Source: a virus
Lineage: Duplodnaviria; Caudoviricetes
Reading direction: 5' to 3' (one strand)
Virus record (IMG/VR): IMGVR_UViG_3300034420_000015
Coordinates: 1-37,078 of that record
Length of the DNA: 37,078 nt
Of the stretch, positions 10,292 through 18,647 are shown in pieces. Under the pieces are notes generated by a model that was not told the DNA's origin, did no database searches, and was given only the letters and a program-made list of their open reading frames with translations. The position numbers were made by a program, and so were the translations under genes. How positions within the stretch are numbered: the stretch's first letter is position 1; every line of letters begins with the position of its first letter.

Positions 10292-10805
10292 CTATGGCAA
10301 GTTGCGCGAGCCTAGAATCGGCGTAATGCTCCATTACGACGGCAGTACAAGCGACGCTGGGGCCATCGCGTGGCTTTTGCGCGACGAGCGGTGTAAGGTA
10401 TCCTACACCGACATTGTTACAGACGACGGCAAGATAACGCACGTGGCGCCACGTAATGCCCGTGCTTGGCACGCTGGTGCGTGCAAGCCTTCGCATCCTA
10501 GATTCAAGTATCGCGATGCCAATAGTGCATTTTACGGCCTCTCCGTCGCGTGTGGCGGACTCGATATCGCAACTAAGCCACAAATACTCGGCGTTGTCAC
10601 GACGATTCTTGAGTATTTCGCCATCGAAGGATGGTCGCTCAACGACATCTGGCGTATTACAGACCACGAGGCCGAAGCATGGCCTCGTCGTCGTAAGGTT
10701 GATATATGGGGCGACAAGGAGAAGCGTTCTAAGGCCGGATTGATTGTGCCAGTGCTCGACATAGACACGGTGCGCGAAGACGTACGCCAAGCCCTAGGAG
10801 GCTAA
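10281..10805 (+). CDS. Endolysin, N-acetylmuramoyl-L-alanine amidase (Amidase_2 family)
   Basis: Motifs VMLHYD, VSY, RAWHAG, N-x-x-x-x-GLSV, TDH and RKVD (Zn ligands H/H/D). Start placed at ATG 10281, overlapping the holin end. Confidence 0.88.
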   Translation: MLGNYGKLREPRIGVMLHYDGSTSDAGAIAWLLRDERCKVSYTDIVTDDGKITHVAPRNARAWHAGACKPSHPRFKYRDANSAFYGLSVACGGLDIATKPQILGVVTTILEYFAIEGWSLNDIWRITDHEAEAWPRRRKVDIWGDKEKRSKAGLIVPVLDIDTVREDVRQALGG

Positions 10806-10806
10806 G

Positions 10807-11532
10807 ATGCTGAAATATTGGAAGATCGTTCAATCGATACCTAGTCAGGTGTATCTGATTGGCGTGATTTTGGCCTTGTCCTCGACCATTGCCATCATGC
10901 AACGCACGTACGCGCGTAAGACGATGGAAGGCCAGTTGCTCGTCGATAGCCTAGTTGCTGACGCGGACACAACGCGTGTTGCGAGGGCGCTCGACGATGT
11001 TCAACGTCAGGTATTCATGCGTCGAGCGATCCAAGCGGAAATGAAAGCTGACGCGCTCAACAAGAAGCTTAAGACAGAAAGTTCGGTACGGGCGACGTTG
11101 CAATTCTTCGTTGACTCGGTTTACAACGGCAACGCGGATACAAACGTCGATGGCCTCGACGGCGACACGTTACCGGACGTACTCAACGTCGAGTTTAACG
11201 GTTACACGCCGCCATTCAAGGTGTCTGGTGTCACGATTATTGATTTCGTTGAAGACACCGCTGGCACCAAGTATAGCGTCGTGATGGACCCATTCAAGAT
11301 TGGCATGCGTGTCGAGTGCAGTAATAAGGCCATTAATGGAGTAAGACAGGCTACTGTACTTGTTGACGCGCCATTATTCGTGCGCGTGTCGCTCGATACG
11401 CTTCGTCAGTCGCCGGATGTCTGTTCGCCGCCGCCGTCTGTACCGATCGCGACGAGTAGCAACCGGAATAAGCTGTGGACGGCTCTCGGATTTGGTGTTG
11501 GCGTGTATGTTGGCAGTAAAATCCTAAAATAG
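10807..11532 (+). CDS. Spanin-like envelope protein
   Basis: Follows the endolysin with an AGGAGG RBS; N-terminal TM, coiled coil, beta-rich region and a hydrophobic Gly-rich C-terminus (LWTALGFGVGVYVG). Confidence 0.5.
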   Translation: MLKYWKIVQSIPSQVYLIGVILALSSTIAIMQRTYARKTMEGQLLVDSLVADADTTRVARALDDVQRQVFMRRAIQAEMKADALNKKLKTESSVRATLQFFVDSVYNGNADTNVDGLDGDTLPDVLNVEFNGYTPPFKVSGVTIIDFVEDTAGTKYSVVMDPFKIGMRVECSNKAINGVRQATVLVDAPLFVRVSLDTLRQSPDVCSPPPSVPIATSSNRNKLWTALGFGVGVYVGSKILK

Positions 11533-11541
11533 GAGCGTACG

Positions 11542-11787
11542 GTGTCAAAGTCAACGAAAGTCTCAACTTCGTCGCGTCCCACCCTCGCTGAGTTCATCAT
11601 GGACAAGAAACGTGCGGCCTGTGCGATTTGCAGGCTACCGGCGGCAATTCGTTCAGAACTATCCGACGCTCGTAAGAAGCGTTACTCCAGAGCGGAACAG
11701 ATTGAGTGGCTACAGACGGTGTTCAAGATCAAGATTACCACTCAAGACTTTCAGACTCACCAATCTGGTCAACACGAGGCATCATGA
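11542..11787 (+). CDS. Small basic protein with CxxC, possible Zn/DNA binding
   Basis: AGGAG RBS and GTG start; CAIC plus a late HxxxxH; ATGA-coupled to the phosphoesterase. Confidence 0.6.
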   Translation: MSKSTKVSTSSRPTLAEFIMDKKRAACAICRLPAAIRSELSDARKKRYSRAEQIEWLQTVFKIKITTQDFQTHQSGQHEAS

Positions 11788-12875
11788 CTCCCAAGGACGT
11801 AAAGCGTGGATCGTTCGAGAAGTTTACTGCGGAGAAAGCGCAGGCACGGTTCGCAGAGAATCAGGAGATTGCGCGTGTGGTGCGTACGCTCAAGAGTACG
11901 GTCGCGGCGCAAGAGCACGAACTTTCGTCGTTGAAGAAGAAGCTTGGTCTCCACGAGCGCATTGACCAAGCTCGTCTCGATCCCCCCGTGTGGCTTCGTA
12001 CGGCAAGCACTAAAACTGGCCATCGAGCTATTCCGTCGTTCGTGCTATCTGATTGGCATTGGGGCGAGAAGGTTATGCCAAGTCAGATTGACGGCCTGAA
12101 CATGTACAACGTGCGCATCGCCGAAATGCGCATGAAGAAGGCATTCGAGAGTACGGTCCGAATTTGCCGTGACTACATCAAGGGCATGGATTACGAGGGG
12201 ATTCAAGTGTTCCTGCCTGGAGACATGATCTCTGGCAACATCCACGAAGAGCTTAAGGAAACAAACGAACAGACAGTCGCCGAGTCTGTGGTGAGCATCG
12301 TCGAGCCGCTAGAAGCTGGCATTAACCTTCTAGTGAAGGAATTCGGCAAGGTTAACATCAGCTGTGTGGTTGGGAACCATCCACGCGGCACACGTAAGCC
12401 AGTCGCGAAGAATCGCGCCCAAGACAACATGGATTGGCTTATCTACAAGCTCATAGAGCGCGATATGAAGAACAATCCGGCTGTTACGATCGACGTTAGT
12501 AACGCCGCCGACGCCCATGTACAGCTATACAAGACGAGATATGTCCTGACTCACGGCGATCAGTTTAGGGGCGGAGGCGGCATAGCTGGCATACTATCGC
12601 CACTATTGCTGGGATCGCATCGCAAGACTCGTCGGGCGGCAACTGCCGGTAATCCTTACGATGTCATGGTGTTCGGCCATTTCCATCAGTCGCTGTGGTT
12701 CCCAAGCAAGGGTCTGATCGGAAGCGGGTGTGGTATCGGTTACAACGAGTACGCGTACGTGAACAACTTCGAGCCTGAGCCGCCACAATGCGCGCTTTGG
12801 CTAACAACACCAGAACACGGTATTACAGTGAATGCTCCCGTGTTCGTAGCCGACCGAGAGGCCGAGGGCTGGTAA
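11784..12875 (+). CDS. Calcineurin-like metallophosphoesterase with N-terminal coiled coil
   Basis: All five motifs present: SDWH, GDMISG, GNH, THGD, GHFH. Confidence 0.9.
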   Translation: MTPKDVKRGSFEKFTAEKAQARFAENQEIARVVRTLKSTVAAQEHELSSLKKKLGLHERIDQARLDPPVWLRTASTKTGHRAIPSFVLSDWHWGEKVMPSQIDGLNMYNVRIAEMRMKKAFESTVRICRDYIKGMDYEGIQVFLPGDMISGNIHEELKETNEQTVAESVVSIVEPLEAGINLLVKEFGKVNISCVVGNHPRGTRKPVAKNRAQDNMDWLIYKLIERDMKNNPAVTIDVSNAADAHVQLYKTRYVLTHGDQFRGGGGIAGILSPLLLGSHRKTRRAATAGNPYDVMVFGHFHQSLWFPSKGLIGSGCGIGYNEYAYVNNFEPEPPQCALWLTTPEHGITVNAPVFVADREAEGW

Positions 12876-12879
12876 AAGC

Positions 12880-13407
12880 ATGCCAAGAACTAAACCGCAA
12901 TTGGCCATTTTCGACCTAGACGGTGTAATCATCGCAAATCCAGATGACGCGCAAAGTGGTCCGCCGAAGACATGCGGTGACTACTGGACGCGCCACTGGA
13001 CGAACCCTGACATGAGCAGAATCAACAAGGAAATAGTGTTGATGGCTCAGGTGTTGTCGGACTCTGGCGTGCTTATTCAAGTGTTGACGGCGCGACCGGA
13101 GCGATTCTATAGCTCCACACACAACCTGCTCGTAATGGCTGAGTTCCCGTACGACAGGTTGGACATGCTTCCAGGCACAGACGTACCACAGTCTAGCGCC
13201 GCTTGGAAGCAGGAGCGCGTGGCGGAGTTGAAGCGCACGTACGATGTGTTGTTCATGATAGAAGACTATCGCCCGAATGCTGAGGCGGTGCGCTCTCAGG
13301 TGCCGGTCCTGCTTTACGAGCGTAAGAAGCCCAGCGTACACCTTGAGAACGTCTGCGGTATGTGCGGTGGGCTGGTCCGTTGCCTGTGTGACGGGCAAGC
13401 GCACTAG
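12880..13407 (+). CDS. HAD-family phosphatase (similar to the PNKP phosphatase domain)
   Basis: IFDLDGVI (motif I), LTAR (II), K (III), IED (IV); Cys-rich tail CxxC...CxC. Confidence 0.85.
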   Translation: MPRTKPQLAIFDLDGVIIANPDDAQSGPPKTCGDYWTRHWTNPDMSRINKEIVLMAQVLSDSGVLIQVLTARPERFYSSTHNLLVMAEFPYDRLDMLPGTDVPQSSAAWKQERVAELKRTYDVLFMIEDYRPNAEAVRSQVPVLLYERKKPSVHLENVCGMCGGLVRCLCDGQAH

Positions 13408-13437
13408 TCAGGCCGCGCGCCGGATTGACTACGATTG

Positions 13438-13459
13438 TGGGGGCGCACCAGCGCCCCCA
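13438..13459. terminator. GC-rich hairpin at the convergence of the two operons
   Basis: Perfect 9-bp stem TGGGGGCGC-ACCA-GCGCCCCCA; no strong U-tract on either side. Confidence 0.5.
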
Positions 13460-13474
13460 TCGTTGTATCGGTAA

Positions 13475-13546
13475 TTGCCTAGAGTGGATTCGAACCACTA
13501 TTTCCGGATCCAAAGTCCGAAGTCCTAGCCGTTGGACGACTAGGCA
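13475..13546 (-). tRNA. trnQ: tRNA-Gln (anticodon UUG), CCA not encoded
   Basis: Folded by hand: acceptor TGCCTAG/CTAGGCA (U1-A72), D-arm GTCC/GGAC, anticodon arm TCGGA-CTTTGGA-TCCGG, T-arm AGTGG-TTCGAAT-CCACT. Confidence 0.93.
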
Positions 13547-13551
13547 AAAGC

Positions 13552-14241
13552 CTACGCTTTCACCTTGATCTTGCGCCATTCTTCCTGCACAGACTCGACG
13601 TACTCGTCCACTACATGCTGTGGAACGCGTCCCTTGAATTTCTTCTCGGTCTGATTGGCGACTACCTCAGCCATCGCGCCCATCAAGCGATAGAAATCAC
13701 TCAATGAAATCGCATTGGCTGAGCGTTGCTTGTGGACCATATTTACGACTTCTGCAATCTTCTTGACGACTTCCGCGACATCCATCATGTCGGGGACTTT
13801 GTGTAGGAGAGGTTTGCGCTTCTCAATCTTGGCATCGCCAGCCTCTGCTTCATTCCAAGCGATGATCGCATCGCGGAAATTGGTGAAACGCTCTGTGACG
13901 TCGCGAGCGATAGCGCGTAGGAATTGTGCCTCTGGGAGTACGTCCATCTGCTCCTTTTCGGTTTCCAATTCCAGCTTCTCTAGCTGTTCGGCGATACTGT
14001 CACGTACGACATCTGAATATCGTCCATGCACGATTGGTGTCGAACCGCCGTGATTCCGACACCGACCTTGACCTAGATGGTCAGTTCCCTGACCGGCACG
14101 TGCATAGCAGTACTTCTCTCGCTTTGTATTACGAGCGCGACAGAAGTAATTCGGCGGAAGTTCGACGTCCTTATCGTAAGGAGGGACGTAGTATTCTGGA
14201 TCGTGTTCCTTGCCAGCAGGAACGATAGTGAATGGCGCCAT
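13552..14241 (-). CDS. HGGxSTG-motif protein, probable terminase small subunit
   Basis: CRA...C...AGQGTDHLGQGRCRNHGGST...HGRYS followed by helical oligomerisation-like region. Confidence 0.65.
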   Translation of the reverse strand: MAPFTIVPAGKEHDPEYYVPPYDKDVELPPNYFCRARNTKREKYCYARAGQGTDHLGQGRCRNHGGSTPIVHGRYSDVVRDSIAEQLEKLELETEKEQMDVLPEAQFLRAIARDVTERFTNFRDAIIAWNEAEAGDAKIEKRKPLLHKVPDMMDVAEVVKKIAEVVNMVHKQRSANAISLSDFYRLMGAMAEVVANQTEKKFKGRVPQHVVDEYVESVQEEWRKIKVKA

Positions 14242-14753
14242 TATTCAGTTACTCCCTTGTGCTTGAGTTCATCGTACGCCGCATTCAGTCGTTGCATCAT
14301 TTCGACATCGCCACCCTTGTCGGGGTGGTAGATTACCGAAAGCGCACGGTACGCGGCTTTGATTACTGCGGCTGGCGCATTGTTCCGAACGAACAATACT
14401 GCGTATGCACCGTCATCGCTCTTTGTTGGTCGAGCGGCGCCGCGCTTCTCTTGCTTCTGACGCTTGGCGGAACCGGCGATCCAAACATCGAACTTCTCTT
14501 TCCAGTCTTCTGCTTGCGCTTCTTCTAGACCGCCTACCGAGTCAATGAATGCACCACCGAAGAAATGCCGAAGGGTGTGTAGTGCAAATCCATAGTAACG
14601 CTTCGACACGAGCCACAGGCGTGAATTTGGATCCCACTGTCTGTCTTGCGGCGGAACGCAATACTTCAAACATTCAACGTAGTCTTCGTTGTATGGCGTT
14701 TCGAGTGCCAGCATCCCGAAAGCCTTAGAGATCCTCGGCTTTACGAAGCGCAT
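14241..14753 (-). CDS. J-domain (DnaJ-like) protein
   Basis: C-terminal AYAVL...IKAAYRALSVIYHPDKGGD...LNAAYDEL with the HPD motif; N-terminal PY...LK...RQWDP..RLWLV domain. Confidence 0.88.
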   Translation of the reverse strand: MRFVKPRISKAFGMLALETPYNEDYVECLKYCVPPQDRQWDPNSRLWLVSKRYYGFALHTLRHFFGGAFIDSVGGLEEAQAEDWKEKFDVWIAGSAKRQKQEKRGAARPTKSDDGAYAVLFVRNNAPAAVIKAAYRALSVIYHPDKGGDVEMMQRLNAAYDELKHKGVTE

Positions 14754-15121
14754 AGCTCTGTGTCCGCTGGGATGACTCGGATCATCATGCGCGTTCTACG
14801 GCGCTGGCGATCGTCGATGATTGTCGAGAAGTATGGAACGCAGTAGACGTTTATATTGGCCTCGTCGCGTAGTTCGTCTCGGACGATAGCAATCGCCTTG
14901 ATTGCCTGATTCACACAGGCGGCACCGATACACGCAAGATCAACATAACGCCACTGGTGTGTGTCATCTGGTTGAATCTTGCGACGAATCTGGCGCACAA
15001 GATGGTGAATCTCGTCGTTGTTACGAACCCAAATTTCGTCGCTTGGCGTTTCGTGTACTTCGCCTTCAATCATCTTTGTCGGCGTGGCAATGAGCAGATC
15101 GAGGTCGTCAGTTGCTGACAT
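14741..15121 (-). CDS. spoVS: SpoVS-like (Alba-fold) protein
   Basis: IGAACVNQAIKAIAIVR...VYCVPYFSTI closely matches the SpoVS core IGAGALNQAVKAIAIAR...LICIPAFTDI. Confidence 0.8.
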   Translation of the reverse strand: MSATDDLDLLIATPTKMIEGEVHETPSDEIWVRNNDEIHHLVRQIRRKIQPDDTHQWRYVDLACIGAACVNQAIKAIAIVRDELRDEANINVYCVPYFSTIIDDRQRRRTRMMIRVIPADTELCAS

Positions 15122-17924
15122 CTATTCTCCGTAGTTCGCTGATGATTTTACTGTCGAGTGTTGCAACTGCGCGCTTTACGATCGGTAGCTCCCATGTAGG
15201 CTTACGCTGGAGCGCCGTGCCGCCGAACGACGACTGTGAACGTACGACGCGATCTTTCCCGAATTGTAGCGGGGCGTCTGGTATCGGGTCCATACTAACA
15301 GACCAGCCCATCTTCTCCAGTTCGGTTATTGTAGCACCAGTGGGCGTCAGTAGAATATTCGTAGTCAGTAGCACGGGCCGTCCGGACGATTCCACGATTA
15401 TTTGCACGTTCGAAATACCATTGTCGTCGTTCATAGCCTGTAGAGCGGCCAAGTCGGTGAAATCGGTATCTGGCATGCCGACGCTGAGTAGTTCGGCGTC
15501 TGGTCGCGCTCGATCTATGCGAATGACGCGATCTGCCTTGAATGACCACCCGAATCTGGCGTCGTACTCTTTGCGCCCATAGAACACAAGCACTTCGTCC
15601 TTCTTCGTGATGTGCCGCGCTTCTTTCCAGTTGGACGCGAAGATCGTGACGTCTGGCATGTCGGTGATTCCTGTCTCGATCGTTACCCATGCCATTTCGC
15701 CATTCTTGGCCTGATGGGTACGGATTTCGAGCACCATACCGCCAATTGCGCACTTGTTATCTAAGTCCTCAAATGTGCCGTCGATGTTGGCGTCGTACCG
15801 GACCAGTTCGTGCTTATAATGCGCGAGCGGGTGGCTCGTGATATAGAAGCCTAGTACCTCCTTCTCCATCTTGAGCAATTCAGTATCGCCTACTCGCGCA
15901 GATAGCTTCGGTCGTACTGGTGGACGGCCAGCTTTGGCGCTGACGTTGAGTTCCTCGGCGCACGCGAGCAGGAACGGGCGCTCTTCTACTCCGAACGCAC
16001 CAGCCGCGATCAGACTCTTCTTGATAGCAATGTTGATATGGCCGAGTCTTGCGCAGAAATCCCAATACTGCATGAAGCCGTCGTCCGTACCGTACGGCTT
16101 CGGCGTATTCTTGACGCGGTTCGTTACCTTGACGGACGCCTTATATGGCGTTCCATCTGGCTTAACCTTGTCTATACGCCTCGACGAGTATTCATTACGT
16201 TCGTTGCTATCGCGATGCTCGATAATGTCAAGTACACTTGCGTCTCCGAGTCCCTTGACCGCGCCAATCCCGAACAGGATATCATCGCCATCGAGTGTGA
16301 ATCCAATGCCCGACTTGTTGATATTGGGAACACGAATAGAGATACCGTGCTTCTCTGCGTCTCTAAGAATCGTTCCAATTCGCGCCGTGTCTCCGATGAC
16401 GGAGTTGAGATTAGCGACGAAAAACTCTCTTGGGTAATTGGCCTTGAGGTAGGCCGTCCAGTAGGTGATGAAGGCATATCCAGTGGCGTGTCCTAGGTTG
16501 AAGCCATAGCGACCGAAGTAGAAGATCTGGTCGCCGATCGTATGTAAGAGGCGCTCGTCATGACCAAGCGCCATTGCTCGCTTGATGAACGTGTCAATGT
16601 TCTCGCGGATGAGCGGCACTAGCTTCTTACCGATCGCCTTGCGGAACATGTCGGCTTCGCCAGCGGTGTATCCGCCCAACTCGCGTACGATGCCCATGAC
16701 CTGTTCCTGATAGACGATCAGGCCGTACGTGCGTTCTAGGATCTTTTTGAGCGCTTGGTGGGCATACACCACTCGCTCTTCGCCGTGCTTACGTGCGAAG
16801 TACGATCCAAGTTGCTCCATCGGGCCTGGGCGGTAAAGTGCAATCAGGGCGATAATGTCTTCGAATCTGTCTGGCTTCATTCCGCGACAGGCGTTCGTGA
16901 TGCCGTCGCCTTCAAGCTGGAATACGCTCGATGTGTCGCCGTCCGTGAGCATGTCGAACGTACGCTGGTCGTCTAGTGGAACGCCCTTGATTGTAAAGTC
17001 TGGATTGTGTTTCTGGACGAGCTTCTCAGCGTCCCCGATTACCGTTACGGTGCGTAGGCCGAGGATGTCCATTTTGAGTAGGCCAGCAGTTTCGCAGTCG
17101 CGCATGTCGAATTGCGTCTGGATTTCTGCGTCTTTATTCTTCTTGTAGAGCGGGGCCAATTCGATCAGTGGGCGATTCGCCACCACCACGCCAGCGGCGT
17201 GGACCGAACCATGCCGACGCAGACCTTCAAGCGTCATACATGTCTCGGTAACGCTGATGTTCTGTCCTTCGAATGGTATAACCAGCGAGTTGAGCTTGTC
17301 GGCGAATTCTTTGCCGCCGTCGCTCTCCATGAACTCACTGAGCATCACCATGTCGGCACCGGATCCCTCAGGGATCATCAGCGCGAGTTTGTCGCCTGTT
17401 TCGTTCGATTTAACCCCGCGAAGAACGTCATCAACGTGTAGCACTCGGCACACATCGCGGACGACGCCTTTAGCGTTGAGAGGAGTGAAGGTAATGATGT
17501 TTGCAACTGCATCGCGTCCGTAGGTTGCACGAAGGTATTCGATAACTTCACCGCGTCTTACTTGGCATATGTCTAAGTCAATATCCGGTTGTGTGATGCG
17601 TTCTAGGTGTAGGAAACGTTCAAATGGAATGTCAAATTGTAGTGGATCAACGTCTGTAATACGTGTAGCGTACGCTACAGCACTTCCGCAAACTGATCCT
17701 CGGCCTGGTCCAGTTGGAATTCCAGACTCCCTACAAAAGCGCAGGATGTCCTGCACAATTAGAAAATAGCCTGGAAATCCCGCTTTGTCGAGTGTTGTAA
17801 GCTCGTGATTGATACGTCGTGTTACTTCGTGGTCTGGCTCTATTTCGATATTAACTCCATACCTAGCAATACAGCCTCGGTATGATAGGTATCTTAGATA
17901 ATTTATTTCAGAAGATGTGGACAT
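15108..17924 (-). CDS. dnaE: DNA polymerase III alpha (DnaE), polymerase part (palm, thumb, fingers, HhH, OB); lacks PHP
   Basis: GFPGYFLIV, GPGRGS, FERFL, PDIDLD, HAAGVV, LLKMDILGL, YRPGP, VYQEQVM, YGFN, AYLKANYP, EKEVLGFYITSHPL. Confidence 0.96.
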   Translation of the reverse strand: MSTSSEINYLRYLSYRGCIARYGVNIEIEPDHEVTRRINHELTTLDKAGFPGYFLIVQDILRFCRESGIPTGPGRGSVCGSAVAYATRITDVDPLQFDIPFERFLHLERITQPDIDLDICQVRRGEVIEYLRATYGRDAVANIITFTPLNAKGVVRDVCRVLHVDDVLRGVKSNETGDKLALMIPEGSGADMVMLSEFMESDGGKEFADKLNSLVIPFEGQNISVTETCMTLEGLRRHGSVHAAGVVVANRPLIELAPLYKKNKDAEIQTQFDMRDCETAGLLKMDILGLRTVTVIGDAEKLVQKHNPDFTIKGVPLDDQRTFDMLTDGDTSSVFQLEGDGITNACRGMKPDRFEDIIALIALYRPGPMEQLGSYFARKHGEERVVYAHQALKKILERTYGLIVYQEQVMGIVRELGGYTAGEADMFRKAIGKKLVPLIRENIDTFIKRAMALGHDERLLHTIGDQIFYFGRYGFNLGHATGYAFITYWTAYLKANYPREFFVANLNSVIGDTARIGTILRDAEKHGISIRVPNINKSGIGFTLDGDDILFGIGAVKGLGDASVLDIIEHRDSNERNEYSSRRIDKVKPDGTPYKASVKVTNRVKNTPKPYGTDDGFMQYWDFCARLGHINIAIKKSLIAAGAFGVEERPFLLACAEELNVSAKAGRPPVRPKLSARVGDTELLKMEKEVLGFYITSHPLAHYKHELVRYDANIDGTFEDLDNKCAIGGMVLEIRTHQAKNGEMAWVTIETGITDMPDVTIFASNWKEARHITKKDEVLVFYGRKEYDARFGWSFKADRVIRIDRARPDAELLSVGMPDTDFTDLAALQAMNDDNGISNVQIIVESSGRPVLLTTNILLTPTGATITELEKMGWSVSMDPIPDAPLQFGKDRVVRSQSSFGGTALQRKPTWELPIVKRAVATLDSKIISELRRIDVSN

Positions 17925-18313
17925 GTGCCGCCATTTGTGGATTTGCCGGTATTACAGTTGAAACACAATGTCTGGAACCCATCCGGAAAGTCATTCGCAA
18001 CCAGCCATAGGTATAATTGCCCAAAGCCTATCTCGTCGCGATGTCGTCTACCGCCGCCGTCAATGTGGTCAATCGTCGAGAATCGTATGTCTTTCTCTGG
18101 GCATTTTGGACACGAGCATGCCCAGCCGTAGTGATCGAATACCAACTTCTTAGCCGAGTGACGACGGATTGTTTGACGAATATTAGACTTAGCCCTGCAT
18201 GTTTTACACATGATCGTGCTTCCAGCAGACACTGGCCTCATACCACATTGTGTACAAATACCTTTTGCTTTATTAGCGTAGTAGCGTTCTCTATCTGCAA
18301 TTCTTTGCGTCAT
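17903..18313 (-). CDS. HNH-like (Zn-binding) endonuclease, putative free-standing homing endonuclease
   Basis: CxxC pairs, TIDHIDGGG, QTLCFNCNTGK, CPH; overlaps the dnaE-C start by 22 nt. Confidence 0.75.
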   Translation of the reverse strand: MTQRIADRERYYANKAKGICTQCGMRPVSAGSTIMCKTCRAKSNIRQTIRRHSAKKLVFDHYGWACSCPKCPEKDIRFSTIDHIDGGGRRHRDEIGFGQLYLWLVANDFPDGFQTLCFNCNTGKSTNGGTCPHLLK

Positions 18314-18408
18314 GTAAGTATGCCTTTTGGTGTCGGGCCGTGAACAGGCCCATATGGGTTGCCGTACATGAAGATATTTTCAAGTGCTCGCCATTCAGCT
18401 TCCGTCAT
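18310..18408 (-). CDS. 32-aa hypothetical peptide (MTEAEWRALENIFMYGNPYGPVHGPTPKGILT)
   Basis: Not in the ORF track; ATGA overlaps at both ends fill the gap exactly. Confidence 0.6.
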   Translation of the reverse strand: MTEAEWRALENIFMYGNPYGPVHGPTPKGILT

Positions 18409-18647
18409 ACGACGAATCCTCTATCGCACTTCGGATTTGGACATTGATCCTTGAAGTGTGTGCCTTCAATGTTGTCATCGTGTTTGCTGAGTGGCGACCA
18501 AATAAAGCCCTCGCCACCGCACGAATCGCAGACCTTTGCGCCACAGAACACGCAAATATTCTTGCTATTCACCCATCCATGGCCGCATGTTTTGGTGTCG
18601 CGTCCGCGCATCTGCACGTGGAAATACTTGTCTTCGTAATGAGTCAT
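18405..18647 (-). CDS. Small Cys-rich (Zn-finger-like) protein
   Basis: CGH, CVFC, CDSCGGEG, CPNPKCDRG; ATGA-coupled at both ends. Confidence 0.7.
   Translation of the reverse strand: MTHYEDKYFHVQMRGRDTKTCGHGWVNSKNICVFCGAKVCDSCGGEGFIWSPLSKHDDNIEGTHFKDQCPNPKCDRGFVV

Noticed and set aside
13405-13550. Prophage attachment site at the tRNA
   Set aside because: No integrase or duplicated tRNA 3' end in the window, and phage genes lie on both sides.
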